A stretch of DNA of 64,000 nucleotides from an uncultured Thermotogae bacterium (GTDB lineage Bacteria; Thermotogota; Thermotogae; MWEM01), in assembly GCA_963667315.1 (NCBI GenBank), contig OY763325.1:363378-427377 (forward strand), written 5' to 3'. The translations under genes were made by a program, and so were the position numbers. Below the pieces are notes generated by a model. The model was given only the letters and a program-made list of their open reading frames with translations, was not told where the DNA came from and did not search any database. This document shows positions 35,972-46,136 of this stretch, piece after piece (position 1 is the stretch's first letter; each line of letters opens with the position of its first letter).

Positions 35972-38485
35972 TTAAACGGGAAGACCAATACGCTTCATGA
36001 AATCTTCCAATTGCATAATCATGGCACCGGAATTTCTGGCTATCGGTTCTAAATGTTTATAACTATCATCAAATATAGCGATATCCGGTTTGTATGCCAA
36101 CCCATCCCGGAGTTCAAATCCAAGCATTTTAGACATCATTTCAATTTTTAGCCAGTTTTCCTCATTCTCTGTTAACACCGATATGATCTTTCCCGACAAA
36201 AGATTTTCTTCATCCTGTGCATCATTGCTTTTTGGATCTCCTAGAGTGTCTTGAAGGGTATCTTCTCTTCGTTCTTCATTTCCGGGAAGGTTCGTCGATC
36301 GGTTCACTTCTGTTGAATGGGAATCTAAATCATTGCGTTCAGAAGGCATATCGGAATCCGAGGAAAAATTATTTTTTATTATTTCAAAAATTTCCCGATG
36401 TGCGATATCTTCTTCGGAACTGTCTTTATTTTCAAGCGTTGGTGGCAGCGTTTCATTTATTACAAAGTTTCTATCTTTATCCGTTGCGTCAATATTTGTG
36501 TTCTTATTTAAAGCGAAATTTTCCTCTTCTTGTATATCGGAATCTTCAACGATAAGACCTGCGAGTAAAGAATCTTTCAAATTATCATAGTCGCCACCTG
36601 ATACTGTATCCGCGATATGAGCATCTTTCTGTTCGCTGTCCGCTTTTAACGTTTCTGACAACTCATGTGAACTTTCCTGATTCATTATCAAGGTGTCAAG
36701 CGAATGTATTGCTTCTGCTGCTTTATCACCGGTCTTTGCTACTTCAGCCTTATCACTGTCGGAGTGGGCTTCAGTAGTCTTTATTGCTGTTTCCTCGTTT
36801 TTTACACCATTTTCTTTTTTATTGAGAAGCTTTTCATCTACTTCGGTCAATAATGCTGCATCAATATCCTCCCTTAATCGAGAATATTCTTTATGACTAC
36901 AGACAGGATTTCTTGTAATGATACTGTTTTCACCCTCTGTGTTTATGATAAACAAGTCGGTTTTTTCAATCTTTGTGAGGAAATGACTGAATGCTTCATC
37001 TGTTGAGTGATGTGAATAGTATCCCGAATCGACGATCGTTGAATCAAGAATTCTGATGAGATAATGGATTTCTTTTTTGTTTAAAGTTTTTATATCAATT
37101 ATTCTTAATTTATGAAGCGAATCGTGAGGTATTTTTGGCTTTTCAGTTGAGCTAGTCTGTTTTTGCTGATCTTTATTATTTTCATTAACGATCATGGAAT
37201 CGAGGAATTTTAAAGGTTCGGAGGGTTCTATTTTTTTCTTTTTTCTCTCTTTTTCTATTCGACTGTTGCTTTTTTGGTCAGTAAATTTGTCTGTGTTGGT
37301 TTTCTTGTTCATTTCTATTTCATTTTTAGATGCTGTTATGCTGTCAATCGTTTCATTTTCTTCTTCTTCTTCTTCTTCTTCTGTTTTTTCCGGAATCGGT
37401 GAATCTGCGATTATCTGTGTCTCTTCATCTTGTGGTGGCTTTTTTGGGGCCTTTTTGTTTTTGAGAAATTTGGTATCGTCCGCTTCGTGCTCAGCTTTAA
37501 TTATTTTTTTCAGAGCTTCTATTTCCCCTTCTGATAGGAAAGAATAGTTTTCCCGAACCAAAATGTCAAAACTCATTGCAGGTGACTGTTCCCCTTCTTT
37601 TTCTATTTGCTGCCTGATTATCTTTAGATCAAGCCAATTTTCGGGGTAAAAACTGATAAATTCAGAACCCGTTATCGGTGAGAATTTATAAACTTCCTGC
37701 ATTAATTTCTGAAGAGCTTCAAAATCAATTGAGGAGAAAAAAACTTTATAAGCTCTTGTTTTTTCAATTTCTTCTTTTGTCAGGATTAACTTGCCGGCTT
37801 CTTGCAAAAGAAGAGAAAAAGCGGTTGTAATAATATTTTCTGCCTCTTCTTTTTTTAGTTCTTTAGCAGAATTGGTAAACATCATCTTTTTTACCTTTTT
37901 ACTCTCTGTATCATCAATATTTTGAGAGATCCCGAAAATATTTAGGATTTCATCACTCATAATTACATTTGTTTCTGGAACTAAAAATCTGCAAAGGTTT
38001 AGCATTATCGGCATATTTCTTGAGCCGTCATCAAATCGAACCAGAGGGGACAATTTCCTTTCAATCTCCGATTTTAGGATGCTGAGATTGACCTCACGAG
38101 AACCTGAAATCTCCTGAAGAAATTGATAGGTTTGATTTTCGTTTGAAAGGTATGACATCACGTTTAATTGACTTTTTATCAATCTGTCAAATAGATCACC
38201 ACGCAGAAAAACATAATCACCGTTGCTGTTCGTGCCGGTAAGTATGAGATCCAATTCCGATTTTTCAACGAGTTCTGCGATCCATCTTGACAAAATATGC
38301 TGGAGTTCTTTATCTTTGATACGGAGTTTGTTAATGATGTCTTTGGATGTGAACTTATCTTTTAATGATTCGGTATATCTCCTGACTAATTGTGCGTATT
38401 CTTCATTAAGTGTTAAATTTTCACTTGCATCGAATCTGATGTTTTCAGGTGCTGAATTTTCTTTCTTTTTAAATAAATTCATCAT
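35972..38485 (-). CDS. hypothetical large acidic protein (poly-Glu tract)
   Basis: 837-aa ORF directly upstream of the HlyD-like gene and pilT; D/E/K-rich with an E8 run; no enzymatic motif recognised. Confidence 0.65.
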   Translation of the reverse strand: MMNLFKKKENSAPENIRFDASENLTLNEEYAQLVRRYTESLKDKFTSKDIINKLRIKDKELQHILSRWIAELVEKSELDLILTGTNSNGDYVFLRGDLFDRLIKSQLNVMSYLSNENQTYQFLQEISGSREVNLSILKSEIERKLSPLVRFDDGSRNMPIMLNLCRFLVPETNVIMSDEILNIFGISQNIDDTESKKVKKMMFTNSAKELKKEEAENIITTAFSLLLQEAGKLILTKEEIEKTRAYKVFFSSIDFEALQKLMQEVYKFSPITGSEFISFYPENWLDLKIIRQQIEKEGEQSPAMSFDILVRENYSFLSEGEIEALKKIIKAEHEADDTKFLKNKKAPKKPPQDEETQIIADSPIPEKTEEEEEEEENETIDSITASKNEIEMNKKTNTDKFTDQKSNSRIEKERKKKKIEPSEPLKFLDSMIVNENNKDQQKQTSSTEKPKIPHDSLHKLRIIDIKTLNKKEIHYLIRILDSTIVDSGYYSHHSTDEAFSHFLTKIEKTDLFIINTEGENSIITRNPVCSHKEYSRLREDIDAALLTEVDEKLLNKKENGVKNEETAIKTTEAHSDSDKAEVAKTGDKAAEAIHSLDTLIMNQESSHELSETLKADSEQKDAHIADTVSGGDYDNLKDSLLAGLIVEDSDIQEEENFALNKNTNIDATDKDRNFVINETLPPTLENKDSSEEDIAHREIFEIIKNNFSSDSDMPSERNDLDSHSTEVNRSTNLPGNEERREDTLQDTLGDPKSNDAQDEENLLSGKIISVLTENEENWLKIEMMSKMLGFELRDGLAYKPDIAIFDDSYKHLEPIARNSGAMIMQLEDFMKRIGLPV
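37358..37381. repeat. (TTC)8 / (GAA)8 trinucleotide repeat encoding the E8 run
   Basis: Perfect 24-nt TTC repeat on the + strand, inside the 837-aa coding region. Confidence 0.9.
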
Positions 38486-38498
38486 GAAAAATCCTTTC

Positions 38499-39338
38499 TC
38501 AAAGAGTTAGTAAAGATTTTAATGAATCAATAACGAAATCAGGTGAATAATCATATTTTTGTAGATCACCGATACCGGTTTCTCCGCTTAGAACAAGAAC
38601 AGAAGTGATGGCATTATCAACAGCCATCTTAATATCTGTATACATCCTGTCACCGAAGAATACCGTCTCCTCTTTTTCGCAATTTCCGAGTTTCATTGCA
38701 AAATCCAACACTTCGATTGAAGGTTTACCGAGTGTTTTGTCCGGGTATCTTCCCGTTGAAGCGGCAAACATTTCGATGAACGAACCAACATCGGGTATTC
38801 CGCCAATTTTTGAAGGACAGTTGATGTCCGGATGTGTTGCGATATATGAAATCCCCTTATTAAGAAAATAGGCGAAAACTTTTATTTTTTCATAATTAAT
38901 ACCCGTATCATAGGCGAGCAGCGCAACGGTAGCCTTTTGGTCAAGATTTTTTACATACGAAGGGATTACATTTACGTTAAATTCTTTCATCTCCTGAGAT
39001 GCCTCGAAATTTCCAAGATACAGTACCTTTGCCCCTGTATAGTGTTCATTGATATAATGAGCGGCAATCTGATTTGAACTGATGATGTTTTCTTTTTTGA
39101 TCGCCAATCCGATGCTTTTTAATTTAAAGACATAATCATTTCTGCTTTTAGATGAATTGTTCGTGAAAAAATAGACCTTTTTTTCATCATCATCTAAAAG
39201 ACTTTTTATAAAGTCCACTGCACCATCAATTGGCTGATCATCAATATAAATGGTACCATCCATATCAAACAGAAAAAGCTTCTTCTCTTTAAGAGCCAAC
39301 AGTAATTTTTCATTTTCTTTTGAGGATATCATCAACAT
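38499..39338 (-). CDS. HAD-superfamily hydrolase, subfamily IIA (NagD-like)
   Basis: 279 aa; HAD motif I FLFDMDGTIY, motif II region, C-terminal motif IV FFGDRMYTDI. Confidence 0.8.
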   Translation of the reverse strand: MLMISSKENEKLLLALKEKKLFLFDMDGTIYIDDQPIDGAVDFIKSLLDDDEKKVYFFTNNSSKSRNDYVFKLKSIGLAIKKENIISSNQIAAHYINEHYTGAKVLYLGNFEASQEMKEFNVNVIPSYVKNLDQKATVALLAYDTGINYEKIKVFAYFLNKGISYIATHPDINCPSKIGGIPDVGSFIEMFAASTGRYPDKTLGKPSIEVLDFAMKLGNCEKEETVFFGDRMYTDIKMAVDNAITSVLVLSGETGIGDLQKYDYSPDFVIDSLKSLLTL

Positions 39339-40686
39339 CTCCTTTTTTCAGGATTAAATATTTTTGATTGAATTTTTCCGGTTCAGTAATCCAGTTTTTT
39401 AAGACTTTTGTTGCTCTGCAATCATCTTCATTGTACAGTAATAAAGCCTCAAGGTGTTTGTTGTTACCGGTATTCAACCACCTTCTGTATTCCTGTATTG
39501 AGCTTCTACCGTCGAGCCCGACGCGCCATTTAAATCCCAGCCACTTGGCGATTGATTTTAACGAATAATGTCTTAATGGGGTATAGACTTTTTTTATAAA
39601 TAATTCATAAATGTCTATCATTTGCCTGTCAGCTGTAAAATCAATTTTTACTTCATTTGAGAGTTGTCTCAATATTCTGTTCTCGTATTCACAATAATGA
39701 TAAAGATTGCTTTGAATATTTCGAACATAGGATAAAATATCATTGATCTGATTCGTTCTACTGAATTTTTTCTCAAGTAAATAATATTTATAAGCATCAT
39801 CTTCCAAAAAACCAAACAAATAAGGTGATTCATCAGCCTCTATATCAAAGTATACACCGCTTTTATCATCATCTTTTATCATTTCTTCCGGGGGTAATAA
39901 AAAGAGTGCCGTATTGTTGACAAATGAATAAGCTTGAAGTTTAAATCTGACAATATTCTTAATCTCTTCAGAAAGTTCAGTTGTCAAAGGGATATCCAAA
40001 AGATCTTTCAATGTGAAAACACCAACATTATTTAGCATTTTTTCAACACTTGAACCGATACCTCTGATTTGAACCACCGGGAGGTTTTTTCTGTCATCCG
40101 TTTCCAGATTATGACATTTTTCCCAAAAAGAACAAAAATTACAGATTCTATTTCCGGAAGCAGTAGGGGGACCATCCAGATTCTCAAGATTTCTAAGTTC
40201 GTTAAAGAAAAAATCTAGTTCATTCTCGGTAATTCTCTTTGTTTTTAGACTTTTTTTTCTGAGAAAAAGAACATTTGTAGATACGGGAATATCATTTTGT
40301 TTTGCAATTTTAAGGAAAAGTGACGCCAAAATGAGATGTCTCTTACTAAGTCTTCTGGACAAATGAGAAATGACAAGATGAAATTTGTCTTTTTTCCATA
40401 ATAATGCGTGGATACTGAGTTTGAAATTTTCACCGTCAATCTGACCCTCCAGTAAGGGATTTAACATGTCTCTTCTGTTAAAAATAGCTCTCTCTGTAAT
40501 TTCAGGGTCTTTTTTCGAATCAACCCAGATAATGTTCTTAAAATATTCTCTAATGCTCATTACCCTGTCTTTTTCAAGTGCGTTTTCAACAACTACATCT
40601 TCTCTGTCCGATTTCAGATAAAAGTAAAACATCCTGGGACAAGTAAACAGGTAATATATCTCATTATTTCCAATTAAATTTTCCAT
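39310..40686 (-). CDS. TM0106-family RecB-like nuclease fused to an RNase-H-like (DEDD-type) exonuclease domain
   Basis: 458 aa; Cys cluster CNFCSFWEKC typical of Cas4/RecB-like PD-(D/E)xK nucleases; C-terminal YFDIEADES (exo I-like DIE motif) and YNEDDCRATKVL (exo III-like). Confidence 0.7.
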   Translation of the reverse strand: MENLIGNNEIYYLFTCPRMFYFYLKSDREDVVVENALEKDRVMSIREYFKNIIWVDSKKDPEITERAIFNRRDMLNPLLEGQIDGENFKLSIHALLWKKDKFHLVISHLSRRLSKRHLILASLFLKIAKQNDIPVSTNVLFLRKKSLKTKRITENELDFFFNELRNLENLDGPPTASGNRICNFCSFWEKCHNLETDDRKNLPVVQIRGIGSSVEKMLNNVGVFTLKDLLDIPLTTELSEEIKNIVRFKLQAYSFVNNTALFLLPPEEMIKDDDKSGVYFDIEADESPYLFGFLEDDAYKYYLLEKKFSRTNQINDILSYVRNIQSNLYHYCEYENRILRQLSNEVKIDFTADRQMIDIYELFIKKVYTPLRHYSLKSIAKWLGFKWRVGLDGRSSIQEYRRWLNTGNNKHLEALLLYNEDDCRATKVLKNWITEPEKFNQKYLILKKGDVDDILKRK

Positions 40687-40701
40687 TCAAATGATCATCC
40701 C

Positions 40702-42099
40702 TTATTTTCCAAGACAAAATGTAGAGAAAAGTGTATTGACAAGATCTTCCTCATAATCTCTTCCTGTTAGTCTATTTAAATCCTGTATTATCTCTCTGAT
40801 CTTTATGGCAACGAGATCTAATGTAAACCCCTCTTGAATATCTTCAATAGTGGAATTGGTTAAGCCATATATTTTTTCCAGAGTGTTTTTTTGTAATCTG
40901 TTGAATATCAGATCGTTCTCTTCCAATGATACGAGATCCTTTACCGCATCAAATATGTAGTTTTCAAGTTCTGCAATCCCTCTTTTTCTCAGGGCGGAGA
41001 TCTCATGAACATTGGCATAGGTTTCAAGTTCTTTTTTTATCATTTCATTTTTAGCGGTTTTGTCATCAATATCGTGTAAATCCATCTTGTTCAAAAGGAT
41101 CAAAATACTTTTATTTTCCAATCGCGCTTCTTCTATCAAGTTTCTGCTGTTTTCATCAATACTGCCCGTTATATCAAAGATGAACATGACAAATGGAGCC
41201 TGTCTGAACATATTGAGGCTTCTCTCTATCCCTATCGTTTCAACGGTGTCTTTGGATTCTCTAATACCGGCTGTATCGACCAGATTAAGAAGAATACCGT
41301 TGATATTTAATTCTTCTTTGATATAATCCCTTGTTGTTCCGGGAGTATCCGTGACAATTGCACGATCCTCTTTTAAAAGTGTGTTGAGTAAAGTTGATTT
41401 TCCTGCATTTGGAGGTCCTATAATGACAGTGTCTATACCATCTTTAACGCGAATGGAATTTGCAGCACCATTTAGGACATTTTCAAGTTGAGTTCTTACA
41501 CTGAACAATGCCTGAAGAATCTCGTCCGTTTCACTATGTTCAAATATTTCATCGGGATAATCAATCTGAACTTCAATCATCGCAGCTATTTTCGTAAAAC
41601 CATTTTGTATATTTTCGATAAGGGCAGACAATTTTCCTTCAAGACCTTTGGCGAGCAATTTTGCCCCTTTTCTTGTTTTTACGTTGATTAAATCATTAAT
41701 GGCCTGTGCTTTTATTAAGTCAACTTTACCATTTAAAAAAGCTCTGAAAGTAAATTCGCCGTTTAAAGCCGGTTTACAGTCGTTCATTAAACTTTCCATG
41801 ATCATATTTGTGACAATTTGACCACCGTGACACATGATCTCTAGCATTTCTTCACCTGTATATGAAAAAGGCGCTTTGTAATAGATGATCTGTACTTCAT
41901 CAATCATTTCATTTCTTTCATTGAGCCATTTGCCATAATAAACCTTTCTGGGAGTAAATGCATCTGTACTCCCTGAAAAGTGTTTTTTCAATATGGAAAG
42001 ACTGTCATGTCCCGTAAGTCTTACGATTGATATTGCCCCGTTTCCGAAAGGGGTAGCGATTGCTGCAACAGTATCTGTCCTGTTCATTCCTGTTGGCAT
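40702..42099 (-). CDS. mnmE: tRNA modification GTPase MnmE
   Basis: 465 aa; N-terminal DTVAAIATP, G-domain GPPNAGKSTLLN, DTAGIR, NKMD, C-terminal CLGK. Confidence 0.9.
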   Translation of the reverse strand: MPTGMNRTDTVAAIATPFGNGAISIVRLTGHDSLSILKKHFSGSTDAFTPRKVYYGKWLNERNEMIDEVQIIYYKAPFSYTGEEMLEIMCHGGQIVTNMIMESLMNDCKPALNGEFTFRAFLNGKVDLIKAQAINDLINVKTRKGAKLLAKGLEGKLSALIENIQNGFTKIAAMIEVQIDYPDEIFEHSETDEILQALFSVRTQLENVLNGAANSIRVKDGIDTVIIGPPNAGKSTLLNTLLKEDRAIVTDTPGTTRDYIKEELNINGILLNLVDTAGIRESKDTVETIGIERSLNMFRQAPFVMFIFDITGSIDENSRNLIEEARLENKSILILLNKMDLHDIDDKTAKNEMIKKELETYANVHEISALRKRGIAELENYIFDAVKDLVSLEENDLIFNRLQKNTLEKIYGLTNSTIEDIQEGFTLDLVAIKIREIIQDLNRLTGRDYEEDLVNTLFSTFCLGK

Positions 42100-43778
42100 T
42101 AAATCTGCTCCATCTTCTGTGGTGCATCAACTCCTATAAGAGAAAGTGCATCGGCAATAACGGTTCTGACACCAATGGCAAGGTTCAATCTTGCATTTGA
42201 AGTCTGTGCATCTTCAGGATTGACAAATACGTTCGAGTTGTAGTATTGATGGAACATAGCGGCTATATCATGGATATAATTTGTCAATTTGTGAGGCGAA
42301 TTGGTACTGATCATCTCATATAAGCTGTCGACATAAAGCAGAAGGTCCCTAATCATAAGGTTATCAGCTCTTGAACCAAGTTTTTCAAGATTTTCCCCTC
42401 TTTTGAACGCAATGCCTTTTCTCTCAGCATTTTCAATCAAACTACAGATTCTTGCATGAGCGTACTGAACATAATAAACAGGGTTTTCCATCGACTGACT
42501 CTTGGCAAGATCGATATCAAAAATAAGTTGTGCATCCTTATCTACCATGGCATAGAAATATCTCGTTGCATCTTTCCCTACCATCTCAACGAGTTCGTCA
42601 AGCGTTGTAAAAGTTCCCGCTCTTGTTGACATCTTGACAATTTCGCCACCTTTTTTCAATGATACCATTTGATGAAGAATCACGTTGAAAAAATCATCTT
42701 CAATACCAAGCGCTTTCATGGCGGCTTTCATTCTTGGAATATGCCCGTGATGATCCGCGCCCCATATATCAAAGACTTTTCTGAATCCTCTTTCACGCTT
42801 TTTATAATGATTGGCAATATCTGTAAAGAAATACGTAGGCATACCGTCTGATCTGATTAAGACTTTATCCTTTTCGTCGATAAATTGTGAAACCTTTAGC
42901 CAGAGTGCCCCATCTGATTCATAAACAAGATCGTTATCGGTAAAATATGCTTTAACTTTGTCAACCGTACCGTCCGTGAAAAGAGATCCTTCTGAAAAAT
43001 AAACATCAAAGACGATACCGAGTGTTTTTAACGTGTTTTTAATGTGGTCAAACATTTCATCTTTAGCTTTTGCAAGACAGTCGGCGTCTGCTTGCTCATT
43101 CCATATGTTTTTATACTTTTCTCCAACTTCTTCCCGGAAATCCTTCGCCAGATCAATGATATAATCTCCGTGATAGCCACCTTCAGGAATTTCATTCTCG
43201 ATTCCGAAAAGTTCATTGTAACGAACCCATAATGACCTGGATAGTTTCTTCATCTGTTTTCCCGCATCGTTGAAATAGTATTCCCTGGTAATCTGATAGC
43301 CAAATCTTTTGTATACCGAAGATAGTATATCGCCAATAATTGCCTGTCTCCCGTGACCAACGGTTAATGGTCCCGTTGGATTCGCGCTGACAAATTCTAT
43401 CTGAACTTTTTCGTTTTTTCCGATATTGTATTTAAAATAGTCAGCGCCTTTCTCAGCGTTCAGTATTTCAAGGAGTTTTTGTGTATAAAACTCAGATTTG
43501 AGAAAAATATTAATAAACCCGGGACCGGCAATTTCTGTTTTCTCAACGGCCTGATTTTTTTCAAGTTCTTCGGTTAGTTTTTCTGCAAGTTTTCTCGGAG
43601 CTGTCTTTGCTGACTTTGCACATACCATCGCAGCGTTTGTTGAAAAATCCCCAAAATCTCTGTTAGGCGGAACCTCCACTCTGATTCTTGAAGCAGCATC
43701 TTCAATTCCAATTTTCACAAGACTATCGTTTACGATGTCCGTTAACCAGTTTTTCATCATTTTTGCCAATTCATTCAC
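42099..43778 (-). CDS. argS: arginine--tRNA ligase
   Basis: 559 aa; class-I HIGH-type motif region SANPTGPLTVGHGR and ArgS-type N-terminal and anticodon-binding domains. Confidence 0.9.
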   Translation of the reverse strand: MNELAKMMKNWLTDIVNDSLVKIGIEDAASRIRVEVPPNRDFGDFSTNAAMVCAKSAKTAPRKLAEKLTEELEKNQAVEKTEIAGPGFINIFLKSEFYTQKLLEILNAEKGADYFKYNIGKNEKVQIEFVSANPTGPLTVGHGRQAIIGDILSSVYKRFGYQITREYYFNDAGKQMKKLSRSLWVRYNELFGIENEIPEGGYHGDYIIDLAKDFREEVGEKYKNIWNEQADADCLAKAKDEMFDHIKNTLKTLGIVFDVYFSEGSLFTDGTVDKVKAYFTDNDLVYESDGALWLKVSQFIDEKDKVLIRSDGMPTYFFTDIANHYKKRERGFRKVFDIWGADHHGHIPRMKAAMKALGIEDDFFNVILHQMVSLKKGGEIVKMSTRAGTFTTLDELVEMVGKDATRYFYAMVDKDAQLIFDIDLAKSQSMENPVYYVQYAHARICSLIENAERKGIAFKRGENLEKLGSRADNLMIRDLLLYVDSLYEMISTNSPHKLTNYIHDIAAMFHQYYNSNVFVNPEDAQTSNARLNLAIGVRTVIADALSLIGVDAPQKMEQI

Positions 43779-44112
43779 CTTTCCTTTTACTGATCAATCC
43801 GAATTCTATATTTTTAAACTTATATCTTTCTTTGTACTTTTCATCAACCACTATCTCATAGATCTCAACCGATAGTTCTTCAGATATCCGATAAGTTCTT
43901 ATGGGTAACAGATTGTTGTCGATAACATACAATTCCTTATGCGTAAGTGCACAAGTTATTTTATTTCTTAATTTTATTATATCAGATGAATCCACTCTTC
44001 TGACATTGAGAACTTCTATTCCTTTAAATAAAGTCAGCATACAAATAGAAACTATCAAGACTGATATTATCATATCTACAAGGATAAAAAAAGCCGCTCT
44101 CTTTTTTATCAT
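43771..44112 (-). CDS. hypothetical small membrane-anchored protein
   Basis: 113 aa; one N-terminal TM helix (AAFFILVDMIISVLIVSICMLTLF); overlaps the Hsp70-like stop and the argS start. Confidence 0.55.
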   Translation of the reverse strand: MIKKRAAFFILVDMIISVLIVSICMLTLFKGIEVLNVRRVDSSDIIKLRNKITCALTHKELYVIDNNLLPIRTYRISEELSVEIYEIVVDEKYKERYKFKNIEFGLISKRKGE

Positions 44113-46136
44113 AGGAAATCAATGATGTTGGAATAACTTATTTTTTCAATCTGTTCTTCGATAAGCCTTTCAAGTTTCTTCTTGTTAGAATCCAGTATAT
44201 TGTTAGCTTTTTTTGTCAACTCTTCTCTATTCTGATTTAGAGAAGTCCTTAAAGACTTGTCAGAACGTCTGATAATCGCTTTTTCATTGATCATAAGTGT
44301 TTTTAACAGCCATTTTGGTATCCGCATATTTTTAATTCCCTTTGTCATCTTTTTTTTGAACCCTGCCATTGATGCGAATAATATCGTGATTGATCCGATA
44401 AATACCGTTAACCAGGCGATTGGTCCAAAAAAACTTGGGATTAAAATGGTGGATCCAAACAACGAACTTGTCACAATGCTGACGATCAAAGATGAGAGGG
44501 TGGAGAGTCGAAGGAATAACGTTTCGCTGATAGCTTCAAGATCATTTTCAGAAGAAATTCGATCCGCGCCGGTTAATAAACCTTTCTGTGCAAATTCAAA
44601 TTTGATCATCGATTTATTAAACCATTTACTCAACTCATTTTTTGTTTTATTTTCGATAAGAAAATTAACCTCGCTCATAAAACCGGAAGTTGTGTTCTCA
44701 ACCATCACTTTTTGTTCTTTTACGGCCTCTTTTAGTGATATTTCAAATTCGTTCAACGTACCACTGTTCTCAAAGAAATCGGTGATTGTTTTTGATACAG
44801 CAGGTTTGTAAATATCAAACAGTCTGTCAAAATAATTGTTAAGACTGCTGTTGAATATTTTTTTGTACGCTGTTTGAAGTTTAGTGATGAGTTCACTTTT
44901 TGTTTCTCTGAGTTCATTCCGAACCTTTTCTTCATATTGTCTTGCCGAGTAACAAAGACCCAATCCTCTACTGATCGTTGCTTCAGGATCGGCAGATGAG
45001 ACGATTCGTGTATATGGGAATTCGTCAGAAATCATATCCATAAAGAATTGCCATCGACTGCTTCCCCCCGTCAGTATAATTAATGATACAGAATCTTTTG
45101 TTATATTAAATTCTTTTCCGCTGCGTTGTATCTCGTTTTTAAGCGTTTCTATCAGATTGATCTTCCCTTCTTTGATAAGTCCGGAAAAATCTGATAGTCC
45201 CGCCATATCTCTTATCATCTCATTACTCGGAATATACTCTTTCATCCTGTTAAAAATAAAGTCATCACTTTCTATGAAAAAGGATCCGAATGAAGAGGTG
45301 GCGAAAGTGACGTTTTCGCGGAAAGCGTTTTTCATAGAAGCTGAAAGCAACGAAGAATATTTTTCTTTCAGATTTTTAAAATAAACCGTTCTCAGATAAC
45401 CGTCCAATCCCTCATCTTCTATCTCTTTTCTTATTCCTTTGTTCTGTTCGAGAAAGAGATTATAGAACAAATCGTCAAACAGGACCCCACCAATCACCGG
45501 GGATCCCCATACCTTTTGAATCCTGAAATTCTTCAAATAGGCGAAATCCAGGGTTCCACCTCCAAAATCAACAACGAGAACCCCTTTAGAGGCATCCTCT
45601 TTTGTAATATCTTTACGATTCAGATGATAGAACAATGCACCAAGTGGTTCCTCTATAAGAACCGGATGTGAACCGGTAGATTTCTCAAGAATAGAAGACA
45701 TCAGACTGACATGGTCTTTCACGGTTTTTGACGGAATTCCACAGGTTAATGCGTAGTGTTTTGCGTCGCTGATATCAGAAATCAGTTTTTGTCTGTAGAG
45801 CGTATTGAAGAGCACCGTTAAAAACATCTCCGTTTCAGTCTGTGCACGTTTGTTAAATGCCAACCGCTGTTTAAAGCCGCTGCCAAGCGTGAAGCGCTTC
45901 TTTTCACTTTTATTCATGGAATACCATTCTTCAATTGCCGGTTGTCCGAATCCGATGATTTCAAACGTCCTCTCATCATAAAGTATAACGGATGGGATTG
46001 AGGAATTTGAATTGATCTTGACATCATCGACTATCGGATTACTGTCGCCTGAAGTTGAAAGACTCAGATGGGTATTGGATGTACCGAAATCAAGACCGTA
46101 AATCTGTTTTAAATCTTTATTTAGTGTATGCATCAT
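44109..46136 (-). CDS. Hsp70/actin-fold ATPase lacking a canonical substrate-binding domain, with two C-terminal TM helices
   Basis: 675 aa; phosphate-1 GLDFGTSNT, phosphate-2 VLVVDFGGGTLDF, adenosine motif ILTGGSSR at Hsp70-like spacing; then a coiled region, hydrophobic hairpin LSTLSSLIVSIVTSSLFGSTILIPSFFGPIAWLTVFIGSITILFASMAGF and a basic tail. Confidence 0.7.
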   Translation of the reverse strand: MMHTLNKDLKQIYGLDFGTSNTHLSLSTSGDSNPIVDDVKINSNSSIPSVILYDERTFEIIGFGQPAIEEWYSMNKSEKKRFTLGSGFKQRLAFNKRAQTETEMFLTVLFNTLYRQKLISDISDAKHYALTCGIPSKTVKDHVSLMSSILEKSTGSHPVLIEEPLGALFYHLNRKDITKEDASKGVLVVDFGGGTLDFAYLKNFRIQKVWGSPVIGGVLFDDLFYNLFLEQNKGIRKEIEDEGLDGYLRTVYFKNLKEKYSSLLSASMKNAFRENVTFATSSFGSFFIESDDFIFNRMKEYIPSNEMIRDMAGLSDFSGLIKEGKINLIETLKNEIQRSGKEFNITKDSVSLIILTGGSSRWQFFMDMISDEFPYTRIVSSADPEATISRGLGLCYSARQYEEKVRNELRETKSELITKLQTAYKKIFNSSLNNYFDRLFDIYKPAVSKTITDFFENSGTLNEFEISLKEAVKEQKVMVENTTSGFMSEVNFLIENKTKNELSKWFNKSMIKFEFAQKGLLTGADRISSENDLEAISETLFLRLSTLSSLIVSIVTSSLFGSTILIPSFFGPIAWLTVFIGSITILFASMAGFKKKMTKGIKNMRIPKWLLKTLMINEKAIIRRSDKSLRTSLNQNREELTKKANNILDSNKKKLERLIEEQIEKISYSNIIDFL

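Noticed and set aside
36217-37547. + strand ORFs (112, 85, 67, 117 aa) antisense to the 837-aa gene
   Set aside because: Ser/Phe/Leu-rich translations are mirror images of the Glu/Lys-rich coding strand; no start signals.
43771-44112. Type IV pilin / pseudopilin identity for the 113-aa membrane protein
   Set aside because: N-terminus (KKRAAFFILVDMIIS) lacks the G-F-T-L-I-E prepilin cleavage/methylation motif; only a generic TM anchor.
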